A stretch of 63,558 nt of DNA from Deltaproteobacteria bacterium (GTDB lineage: Bacteria; Desulfobacterota; Dissulfuribacteria; Dissulfuribacterales; QOAL01), in the NCBI GenBank assembly GCA_015489315.1, contig WFZZ01000138.1:1-63558 (forward strand). Direction: 5' to 3'. Shown here in pieces: positions 8,825-17,600 of this stretch (the stretch's first letter is position 1; each line of letters starts with the position of its first letter). Made by a program: the position numbers and the translations under genes. The notes under the pieces were generated by a model. That model had not been told where the DNA came from and made no database searches. It worked only from the letters and a program-made list of their open reading frames with translations.

Positions 8825-10276
8825 TTATATAGTTGCGTCAAATTCCAAGACCTCTCCCTTTTTTATCTCAAGTCCTGTGGCAGCTGGAAGCGGATCTTGG
8901 ACGCCTTCAACAAAGAGATAGAGGTCGTAGGTCCCTGGTTTTACAATGTACTTTCCTTCAAATTGAATGTTCCTGAAGTGGTCCTTGTAGGCCTCGATTG
9001 CAGGCTTTTTTTCACCTGCCTTTACAAGTTTATAGCCAAATACATTGTTTGAGGATTTCTTGATTCTAAATCCTGTATCAATGTCTATAGCGACGACCTT
9101 ACCTTCGGTTACCTTGATTGCCTTTGCAACAGTTATGGAAGTTCTATCCTGAGTAACTGTGACGTTATAGACCCCTGGCATTATGGCCTTTGGCGCCTGG
9201 ACACAATAGGGATATCCTCCTGTAAGCTTCTGGGTCATGGTTGTTTTGGGTTCATCTGTCTTTTCATAGGTGACGGCCGTTATCAATGGATATTTCATCT
9301 CCTTTGAAAAATTGAGCAAAATGACACCGGGCTTGTAAACCGTGGTCTTTCCCTTATCTATGTGGACATTTCCAACTATAAACTCTCCCACGCCTTCTCT
9401 ATATATACCGCAGCAGAAAGACCGAATTTCGTAATCCCCGCTTAGGAGTGGAAATTTGATGCTTGGTACATAACTATTATGAAACTCCTTACTAGCCGTA
9501 AGCTTTCCTGTCTTTTTGTTGATTACCTTAAGCATAAAGATGCTTCCGCCAACGTTTTTGTCAAATTCAATATCTAGCTTTCCAAGGCCAATGGATATGG
9601 TCTTCTTGGTGCTTTGGGCAGGCTTTATCTTTTGTTCCACCTCTTTTTTCACACTGTTAAGGGCAGAAAGAAGAGAATCTGCATCGGAGGCCGAATAATA
9701 CTTTCCTCCCCCTGCCTTTGCTATGCACATAAGCTGTTTTTTCTCTTCTGGTGAGACATCAAAGCCAATTACATCAAGAACAAACTTAACCCCACTATTT
9801 TTAAGAGATTTTACAGTTCCGCATGGATCTGGCACACAAGTCTCTTTGCCGTCACTTACAAGGATGATGGTGGTTTCCGCCTCGTTTTCCTTGATTACGT
9901 CGGTAACCTTTTTTATTGACTGGGCAATGGGTGTCATGCCCTTGGGAGTGATGTTATCCATTCTTGAAAGAAGCTCATCCCTGCTTGAAGCGCCGGGCTT
10001 TATCAGAATCTCAATATCTGAACAGTCTCCCTTTCTATGATGCCCGTAGGCACTGAGTCCTACCTTTACCTCTTTAGAGATGGCAGGTACTATTTTATGG
10101 ATTACCTCCTTGGCAATATCAATCTTTGCCTTGCCATTAATCTGCCCGTACATAGAGCCTGAGGCATCGAGGATTATCATGATCTGGGGACTATCTGCCA
10201 AGGCCCTGCCCAAAAAAGAAACCATGAAAAAAGACACAAAGAAAAGCCATATTAACTTCCTGCTAATCCTTTCCAT
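8825..10276 (-). CDS. secreted von Willebrand factor A (VWA) domain protein with a beta-rich C-terminal half
   Basis: Signal peptide, then MIDAS DASGSM (DxSxS) in MIILDASGSMYG. Also TPIAQSI and ILVSDGKETC. Confidence 0.8.
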   Translation of the reverse strand: MERISRKLIWLFFVSFFMVSFLGRALADSPQIMIILDASGSMYGQINGKAKIDIAKEVIHKIVPAISKEVKVGLSAYGHHRKGDCSDIEILIKPGASSRDELLSRMDNITPKGMTPIAQSIKKVTDVIKENEAETTIILVSDGKETCVPDPCGTVKSLKNSGVKFVLDVIGFDVSPEEKKQLMCIAKAGGGKYYSASDADSLLSALNSVKKEVEQKIKPAQSTKKTISIGLGKLDIEFDKNVGGSIFMLKVINKKTGKLTASKEFHNSYVPSIKFPLLSGDYEIRSFCCGIYREGVGEFIVGNVHIDKGKTTVYKPGVILLNFSKEMKYPLITAVTYEKTDEPKTTMTQKLTGGYPYCVQAPKAIMPGVYNVTVTQDRTSITVAKAIKVTEGKVVAIDIDTGFRIKKSSNNVFGYKLVKAGEKKPAIEAYKDHFRNIQFEGKYIVKPGTYDLYLFVEGVQDPLPAATGLEIKKGEVLEFDATI

Positions 10277-10300
10277 TTCATTCTCCTTTTTAAAGCAAAA

Positions 10301-10549
10301 TTATTTTGACCAGTGCCCTGGGACCCAGATTCCCATTCTATTAAAATGGCCTGGAACCCAGTGTTTTCCTGTAACTGGAGGGCCAACGTATTTCCAGTGG
10401 CCTGGTATTATCCTTCCATCAACAGTCCTATGTTTTGGAACCCACACAAAATTGGGCCCTGGCTTTGGCGGTCTTGCACTAGCACATCCAACAAATACAA
10501 ATGAAAAAGCCAAAAGTAGGGCTAAAAAGAAGCCTTTTGCTTTATTCAT
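10301..10549 (-). CDS. small lipoprotein with W-[VI]-P-G-H-W repeats (YXWGXW/WXXGXW-repeat type)
   Basis: Lipobox FVGC. Repeats: FVWVPKH..IIPGHW..KHWVPGHF..IWVPGHW. ATG 10549 is preceded by AAGGAGG. The ORF-track start at 10582 is TTG. Confidence 0.7.
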   Translation of the reverse strand: MNKAKGFFLALLLAFSFVFVGCASARPPKPGPNFVWVPKHRTVDGRIIPGHWKYVGPPVTGKHWVPGHFNRMGIWVPGHWSK

Positions 10550-10603
10550 TGTTGCTACCTCCTTGAAGATATTTAAAGCCAAAGGGAATTTTCTAATATC
10601 TTT

Positions 10604-10631
10604 GACGGAAACTTTTGAGAATTTGTTTAAT
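10604..10631 (-). promoter_or_regulatory. ECF-type promoter of the lipoprotein-VWA-metzincin operon (TTAAAC-N17-CGTC)
   Basis: Minus strand reads TAATTAAAC AAATTCTCAAAAGTTTC CGTCAAAG. It lies 55 nt upstream of ATG 10549 and immediately after hairpin 10634-10670. Confidence 0.55.
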
Positions 10632-10633
10632 TA

Positions 10634-10670
10634 CCCGACTCTTTAAATATGAAAGTCTAAAAGAGTCGGG
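10634..10670 (-). terminator. hairpin downstream of the hydrolase gene (likely terminator/insulator)
   Basis: CCCGACTCTTT...AAAGAGTCGGG forms an 11-bp stem with a 15-nt loop. The U-tract is poor. Confidence 0.45.
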
Positions 10671-10680
10671 CGAAAAAGAC

Positions 10681-12303
10681 TTAAGGAATCAGCAAACTAA
10701 TCTTAGGACGAATAATTAGAAGTTGAACACTATATCCAGGTATTAAAAAGGAACTTCCTGACCATGAAGAAGGCGTTTCGCCATTATTTTCTTCATCAAT
10801 TTGATAAATTGTAACAAAATAATCCTTTGAATTTACGCTATTACCATCAATACTGATCTTGTAACTATTGTCACTGGATTCAGGATTTGAAACCAGAACC
10901 GCATATCCTTTTTCCCCCTTTGCCCCTAGGATCCACAATCTTGACCCATCTTCAGCAATGGACGGAAGTGGTGCATTCATGAGTGTAGGGAAATCATTAT
11001 AAATTTTTGACCAAAGCTTGAAGGCATAGGCCGTTGGCTTATAAGTAGCATCTTCATCACCATAAAAAAGCCCTGACCAGCCATGATCTTTATCTCCTGG
11101 AGAGGCATCCGGATTTGATTTCGGATCACTCGCCCTGTAATAAAAGGCCCTTTTAACCCCAGAATATTGAAGGGCAATCCAGGTACCTGTCATCACGGCA
11201 GCACCCTCTGGCCCGTTTTTTAAAGCCAACTGCTCAATCCACGGAAGCTTTTCGAGCTCTCCTGTGAGGACTCCAGTTTGTGTAGCAGTTCCCCATGCAT
11301 CACAAATAATCTCCACATCATCAAAAAAACCTGTTCCTGCCCACGGAACCGAACTAAAATCTCCCTTCCCATTCAAGAGATTTCGATATTGTCTGGCTGC
11401 CATTATGTAATGTTCGGGGTTGTTGCTCCAAAGATGCCATCCTATCCAATCGGGTTTTAGGCCCTGTTCATATAAGTAACTTAAAAATTCAATTGCTGGA
11501 TTATCCTTTATTTGACCATTAATCACTTTAATTGTAGGCACTAAAAAACCTGGACCTCCCACCTTCAAGTGGGGAAAGGTGTCTTTTATTTCTCTAAATG
11601 CCCTTGCCCAAAATTTAATAAATTCTCGATTGCTTCTGTCCCAAAAGTTTTTATTGGGCCATTCAGTATAAATGTCTACATAATTGAGGACATGGCTTTC
11701 TCCATTCCAGTTGTCATATCGCTCTATTATCTTTTTTGCCACAATAATCCAATTGTTTTCCTGAAGTTCGTTTTGGGGTCCGTGAAAATCATGAAGTCTC
11801 AAAGCACATTGATAAGAGCCCCCAATCCTTAAAAAGGGTTCAAAACCGCCATCAATTATTTCCTGAAAAAGCTCGTCACTATCCGTCCAGTAATAATTGG
11901 CTGGATCATTGGCATCACACTCCCAAGACGGATAAACTGATGTATCCGGGCATCTGAAAATACCCTCAATGTCAAGACGATCATCGTAATAATCATTATT
12001 TCTTATTCCTGTTACCCCAATATCTTGAAGCCTTGTTGTAAGATCAGGAGAAGGAGAGTCGGGTGGGACAATGGGACCAGAAATTACGCCTTGAAGAGGC
12101 TTTATTTTTTTACTGATAATAAATTCATTGATTTTAATATCATGGATTACTTTAGAGCCTATCGAGACTTCAACGTCTAAAGTGTCATGTTCTGAGACAT
12201 CTGCATTAAAACTTGGCTGGGCACAATTTCCATTTTTGAAAATGGGAAAATAAAAGAGCAAAAAGGCCAACAGACAGAAAAAAGTAACACGAACGGATTT
12301 CAT
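10681..12303 (-). CDS. secreted TIM-barrel glycoside hydrolase-like protein (clan GH-A-like)
   Basis: Signal peptide after ATG 12303 (RBS AAGGAGG). IYTEWPNKNFW resembles the NEP acid/base strand. The ORF-track start at 12387 is GTG, upstream of the RBS. Confidence 0.55.
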   Translation of the reverse strand: MKSVRVTFFCLLAFLLFYFPIFKNGNCAQPSFNADVSEHDTLDVEVSIGSKVIHDIKINEFIISKKIKPLQGVISGPIVPPDSPSPDLTTRLQDIGVTGIRNNDYYDDRLDIEGIFRCPDTSVYPSWECDANDPANYYWTDSDELFQEIIDGGFEPFLRIGGSYQCALRLHDFHGPQNELQENNWIIVAKKIIERYDNWNGESHVLNYVDIYTEWPNKNFWDRSNREFIKFWARAFREIKDTFPHLKVGGPGFLVPTIKVINGQIKDNPAIEFLSYLYEQGLKPDWIGWHLWSNNPEHYIMAARQYRNLLNGKGDFSSVPWAGTGFFDDVEIICDAWGTATQTGVLTGELEKLPWIEQLALKNGPEGAAVMTGTWIALQYSGVKRAFYYRASDPKSNPDASPGDKDHGWSGLFYGDEDATYKPTAYAFKLWSKIYNDFPTLMNAPLPSIAEDGSRLWILGAKGEKGYAVLVSNPESSDNSYKISIDGNSVNSKDYFVTIYQIDEENNGETPSSWSGSSFLIPGYSVQLLIIRPKISLLIP

Positions 12304-12338
12304 TTTTTCCTCCTTTAACAATTGGGATTTAATTAGAA

Positions 12339-12368
12339 GACCAATCGATAGGAGAAAAAGTTTAAAAA
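12339..12368 (-). promoter_or_regulatory. weaker ECF-like promoter candidate for the hydrolase gene (TTTTTAAAC-N17-GGTC)
   Basis: Minus strand reads TTTTTAAAC TTTTTCTCCTATCGATT GGTCTTC, 36 nt upstream of ATG 12303. The -10 differs from CGTC at one position. Confidence 0.35.
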
Positions 12369-12454
12369 GTTTCTTTAAAATTTGCACATTACTTTCTTTT
12401 TAAAATCCGTCTTAAAATTTCTGCCATTTCAGGATGTTATAAGTTAACAAAAAA

Positions 12455-12484
12455 TTTTTAAACTTTTTTTATAAAAAAACAGTC
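12455..12484 (+). promoter_or_regulatory. weaker ECF-like promoter candidate for the C39-like peptidase gene (TTTTTAAAC-N17-AGTC)
   Basis: Reads TTTTTAAAC TTTTTTTATAAAAAAAC AGTCCTAG, 76 nt upstream of ATG 12560. The spacer is AT-rich, so a chance match is possible. Confidence 0.3.
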
Positions 12485-12559
12485 CTAGAATTTAAAGCTA
12501 AGTGGTTCCATTTACCCTGTCTTTTTTAAGGGAACAAAAATCAAACACAGGAGGAAGAA

Positions 12560-14494
12560 ATGAAAAATTTAATTATCCTAGCAGTTGGTTTTAGTATGTT
12601 TTTTGCCATTCAGGTCTATGCCATGGAGGGGAACAATGAATTTCAGCGTGGATCATCAATGTCCTATAATTACCCTGGGACCAAAAGTGACGTAATTATC
12701 GGGCAAGATTCCAACCGGAACAGCAAAAATAACAATGAAATTGCCATAATTTCAGGTGTACCAAGATACTATCAAAAATATATTACATGTGACGATGCTG
12801 ACGAATTTAAAACCTTTTTCGGAGAGATATTTAATAGGGTCTGCGAGTGTCCGAATGGATTTCCTACTGGTTGCGGTCCTGTTGCCGGTGCTACTATTCT
12901 AGGTTGGTATGACCGAAGGGGTTATGAGTTGATTGACGACGACGAAGTTGACGCAAATGGCCTTCCAATGGATACAATCATTCTCCTTGGTGAGCAAAGA
13001 TACATGGATTTGGATCCAAATAATGGTTGCAATGCCTCTGGCGTATCTCCGGATGACTTGATAGATGCACTTGAAAAATACTTCGATAAAAAGGGTTATG
13101 ATTTTGACATCCAAGCCTATACACTGATGGGTAACAAATATTATAAAGGCATAGCACATTCAGAAAGGCAGTTGAACCATCTATCTAGTGGAACTATTGA
13201 AGATCTTTTTAATAATGTAGTTAAACCAGAAATAGACTCTGGCCATCCACTTATAATGGGCTTAAATGCATTTGGGGAACAAGGAAATTATGGCGATTTT
13301 AAACCAGCTGATCACGCAGTCACAGTAGTTGGATATGATAATAGCCAAGGTGATTATCGTTTAATAATCCAATATAATTGGGAAGATAATAATGAGCTTA
13401 CTCCATATAGGGAAATATATTGGAATAAATCAACACCAATTCGCCTGACAGACTATTCTACCTTTAACTATGATGAAAAAAATAATCCATATTTATTAAT
13501 ATCAATTACACCAAAAACAGAAGTCGATTATGAAGGAAACTGTGACCATCTAAATGTAGAAGGTGTCGATAATTCCGATTTTCAGGCCAAAGATGGACTT
13601 TATGACCAATGTCACCTTCTAAATGGTGTGTATTACCCCTATTTCAGGCCAGATGGAAATTTGACAGTGCCACTTGGACCTACAGACTTCATCACACTAC
13701 AGGACAATGAATGTTTTGTGGCTTCATGGCCTTCTGATTCTTACAAAGTCTCTCAGTCCCTTTATGATCGGGATTTAGATAGGTACTCTGATTTATGTGA
13801 TTTAGCTGAATTGAGTGTTGAAATTACAAGTGTTTCTTATGAATGGACAGAGGACAATTATGTGAAAATGGATATTGAAGCAACTGTTGAAAATATTTCT
13901 CCCAGAGAAGATGCATCAAATGTTTTGGTTCAATTCCTTTTAACTGGAGCCTATAGCAGCGCAGAGCACTACCTGGTAGATCAAGGCACAACTTCTTTGG
14001 CATCTGGTTTCTCCATAGATTTGAATTCGTCAACTTATGGAACACACGTAGATCTGTCCAAAAGTTCCGATAGTTCCCATAAGGCGACGATCTCCCGCAG
14101 TTGGTATCTTGATTTGAATAAACATTTTTACGGTGGACTTGGCCAAGATGAATGCGTAGCATTTTCTGTAGATGTGGTTGCTGATCCCAAAGACGAAGTA
14201 GAAGAGGAAAATGAAAATGGATGTCTTGGTGGCTGTGACGGAAGCTCCAGCGAAGGCAATAATATGGCAAAGTATTTTGTATCCTTTACGGATGATGATG
14301 CTGATTGTAGTTCCAGCGCCCTTTTTAATGAAGAATTTGATTCTTCCTGGGTCGAAATTATAAACAATTCCATATTATTTGAATCCATGAAAAATCAGAC
14401 CATAGAAAGTGGTTTGATTGAAATAATAGGCAAATCGCAAAAATATCTCAATAATGCCTATAATAACTCAGTAGTTAGGAACCCTGCCCACTAA
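12560..14494 (+). CDS. secreted papain-fold (peptidase C39-like) cysteine peptidase with a CARDB-like domain and an acidic Cys-containing tail
   Basis: Signal peptide. Candidate catalytic Cys105 in PTGCGPVAGATILGWYD and His252 in ADHAVTVVGYD. Later LSVEITSVSYEW...IEATVENIS is a beta-sandwich-like segment. Confidence 0.55.
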   Translation: MKNLIILAVGFSMFFAIQVYAMEGNNEFQRGSSMSYNYPGTKSDVIIGQDSNRNSKNNNEIAIISGVPRYYQKYITCDDADEFKTFFGEIFNRVCECPNGFPTGCGPVAGATILGWYDRRGYELIDDDEVDANGLPMDTIILLGEQRYMDLDPNNGCNASGVSPDDLIDALEKYFDKKGYDFDIQAYTLMGNKYYKGIAHSERQLNHLSSGTIEDLFNNVVKPEIDSGHPLIMGLNAFGEQGNYGDFKPADHAVTVVGYDNSQGDYRLIIQYNWEDNNELTPYREIYWNKSTPIRLTDYSTFNYDEKNNPYLLISITPKTEVDYEGNCDHLNVEGVDNSDFQAKDGLYDQCHLLNGVYYPYFRPDGNLTVPLGPTDFITLQDNECFVASWPSDSYKVSQSLYDRDLDRYSDLCDLAELSVEITSVSYEWTEDNYVKMDIEATVENISPREDASNVLVQFLLTGAYSSAEHYLVDQGTTSLASGFSIDLNSSTYGTHVDLSKSSDSSHKATISRSWYLDLNKHFYGGLGQDECVAFSVDVVADPKDEVEEENENGCLGGCDGSSSEGNNMAKYFVSFTDDDADCSSSALFNEEFDSSWVEIINNSILFESMKNQTIESGLIEIIGKSQKYLNNAYNNSVVRNPAH

Positions 14495-14503
14495 AAAAAT
14501 TAT

Positions 14504-14526
14504 GCTCTGCCCGCCCCGGGCAGAGC
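14504..14526 (-). terminator. intrinsic terminator between convergent genes
   Basis: GCTCTGCCC-GCCCC-GGGCAGAGC gives a 9-bp stem. On the minus strand it is followed by TAATTTTTT. It also sits 10 nt after the + strand stop. Confidence 0.65.
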
Positions 14527-14637
14527 AATAAAAACTATTTCAAATAAGATAACGGCTGGCACCTGATACAAGCATAAAAAAATAAATAAACTTTGTAGTA
14601 TTGACTGAGCCATGGAATAGGAGCCCCACCGAGGCCC

Positions 14638-17600
14638 CTATTCAACCTTCATAATACATGCATCTATGACAGGTGCTGCTATATCAAAGAGAAGCCTTAT
14701 CACAGGCTTGTAACATTTCATAGCCTTTTCGGAAGCCAAGTATTTAATATCATTATGATAGCTTTTATAGTTCTCTGGAAGACATGGAGGCCATGAATTG
14801 CCACTTTCCCATTCAATTATATTGGTAAACTCCAATGCAAAAATATCACTCAGAGAGGGTTCTCCTGTTCCACAACTTTCAACTGCACATGGACATAGAT
14901 TCTTCATAGTCTCCTTTATACTTTGAGGGTTATTTTCCTCTACTGCAACAATTATATTATTTACTGGCTCTAAAAAACTCTTTAAGGTATTTTTGATAAT
15001 GTTGAAGTTTTTTGTCCCAGTTAGTGCTTCAAGAATAGCTCCTGCCACCGTCTTTGCAACTGCATCTTTTACCACGTAGGATAGCCCCTTTGCCCACTCA
15101 CCAGCACTTACTATTGTACTAAGTGCACTAAATACCTCACCTGACACCCCTGTAAGGAGGCTATCTGTCAAAAGATTATCTAATTTGTCCAGGTCTTTTT
15201 CTTCAATCTTAATTCTTACAATCTCTTTATTTATAGTGTAATCAACATGATATTGGATGGCTGTATTGCCTATATCTGTAAGGCCAAAATCAGGAATACC
15301 CATAGCACCCTTTAGAAAATCAAGGGAACTTATTCCATACCATAGGATGCCATCAAAAGCAGATGTGCTAAACTGACTACCTTTACTTTTTAAATATTTT
15401 TCTGCTTCATCTCCGAAGGAAAAGAATCTATTAAGGTCGACTCCTCTTAAGCTATATAATAAAACCCCCTGTAAGGCCTCGGTTTTATAACTGTTCCATG
15501 AAGAAGGGAAAAACCAAATACCAAATCTCTCTTCTTTTGTATGTTTGGCATTAGCCTCAAGTTCCACCAAAATCAGAGTCGGTTTTTCTATCTTTACTGA
15601 CTTAATACTATCCGGAGATCTAAATAGCTCATCCTCTTTAAGTGTTTTTATTGGTTTCCCTTGGTATACCCTGTCCAAATATATGTAGTTTTCCTCTTTG
15701 GCCTTTCTTATACCGCAGTACACTGAATATTCATCCTCGGCAAACACCTTTGCTACCTTTATATCAGGATAGCCAATTTTATAGGTGACTCCAAAGTACA
15801 ATATGTCATGCCCTTCAGGCATTATATAGATATGATCTGTGATCCTTATAAGATTCAAAACGTCTTTGATCTCACATCTTTTAACATCCTTGAGTGGACC
15901 CTTATAATAAGATTCCAGGTTAAATACCATGCCTACAAACTTTTTAAGGGTCACTTCAAGAGTCTTTTTTTTTCGTCTCTCAAGTGCAATCTCCCCATGA
16001 TAAGGCATGTAACCCACTTTCCAAATAAAAATATCGTACTTTCCAGGAGACAAGGTGGAATAATCAAGATATGAAAAATCAGATCCTACCTTTTTTACTA
16101 TGATATTAGCATTATTTATCTGGTTCCCATCATCATCTTTTATTACAAATTTAAGGCCTGCCTCCTCATCCACCCCCATTACAAATGTGGGGGGACTGTA
16201 TCTATAACCATATCGTGCATCAAAAAAGAGGGAGACCTTTTTAGTAAATGGTCCGTATCTAAGGATAAGATTCAGAGGTTTTTCGGAAAGACCTGGGGAG
16301 ATACCACTTACAATAATTCCATTTCCGACCCTTTGGTCTTTTTTTGAGGGCTTATCTGTCCTCCAGTGGGGGCCTTTAAAAGATATTTGAAGCTTATCTG
16401 TAATATTTTCTCCATTTTCTGTAAAAATCTTTAGCCTGTTCAGGTCATATTTATCTATCTCAAGAGGAATCTTGCCAGTATCCCGGTCCTTAAATTCAAT
16501 GGAAAAGTAATACTTAGATTCTATTGTAAGATTGTCACTTATACTACTTTCTGCATGTCCCCATTTAGAATCAAGACTAACTGTAAAAGAACGGACAATC
16601 TTATATCCATCCCATTTTACCTCTACATCCCTGGCCAATATGTTTCCATATATGGAAAACGAACTGCCATTTCTGCTAATTATTTTTGGCAAGATATCTG
16701 TCCATGTCCGACCTTTTATTGAAGGTCTTATTCCTTTTGTTTTTACTGTCCATTTTAGCCCATCAATATCTTTATCCAGTTTGTTGTCTATAATGCCATC
16801 TATGTTAAATACCCACGGGTCACGGTTTCTTTTATCATTTTCCAAATGGATGCTCAAAACATTTTGAGACTTTTTTATAGTCACAGGATATCTTGAAATA
16901 ATAGGACCCAATTTGAAGATAAGATGGGCCGTCTCCTCAGAGGCTTTGGTATTCGGTGTATGCCATATATAGGCCTGATTACTGTGGAAGATGCTACCCT
17001 TATCCACATCTATCGTAAGCTCATCCAGCCCATACTTACAATTTCCTCTAATATCCACCCTGGTATCGGTATCTTCATAAAGAACGTCAGGTTCATTAAA
17101 GGTGGGTGAAAAGCTTATATCTACCGGAATCCAGCCAGGAGTTGATGCCAAAAAGGAGTAAATCCCAAGGCTGGCTTTTTTATCATCTGCCGGTTCGCCT
17201 CTATTAAAAGAAAGTATGTAAACCCTATTGTTATGAATTTTAACAAACTTCGTAATATATTTTTCTGGGAAAAGATAAAGGCCCTTGATCTTTCCATCTG
17301 AAAGGGAATATTTTAATCCATTAGAGCCATCAAAATCTATTAACAGCCGCTCTCCAGTCCCGAAATTTATATAGTGCCCATTATATGGAGACAGATTGGC
17401 AATAGATGGAAGGACAAACGATGTATCGTCATATTCGACTGTCCAGTAAGGATTATTATCAGTAACTATGTGTCTAAATACTATAAGGTGCTCTTCATCT
17501 ACTATCTTTACATTTTCAATATCCTGACCAGATATCTTTTTTATAATATTTCCACTGGTATCTATAAGCAGATAATGGGTCTTTGAAGGATTTATCCCTG

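Noticed and set aside
10080-10646. 188-aa + strand ORF spanning the VWA 5' end, the small lipoprotein gene and its promoter region.
   Set aside because: It is antisense to two well-supported minus-strand genes and runs through an intergenic promoter and hairpin. Its translation is low-complexity with no RBS.
14557-14562. TGGCAC sequences resembling the sigma-54 -24 element, here and at 57589-57594 upstream of pilT.
   Set aside because: Neither has a TTGC -12 element at the required 5-nt spacing (the downstream sequences are ACAAGC and AAGGAG). The first also sits between convergent gene ends.
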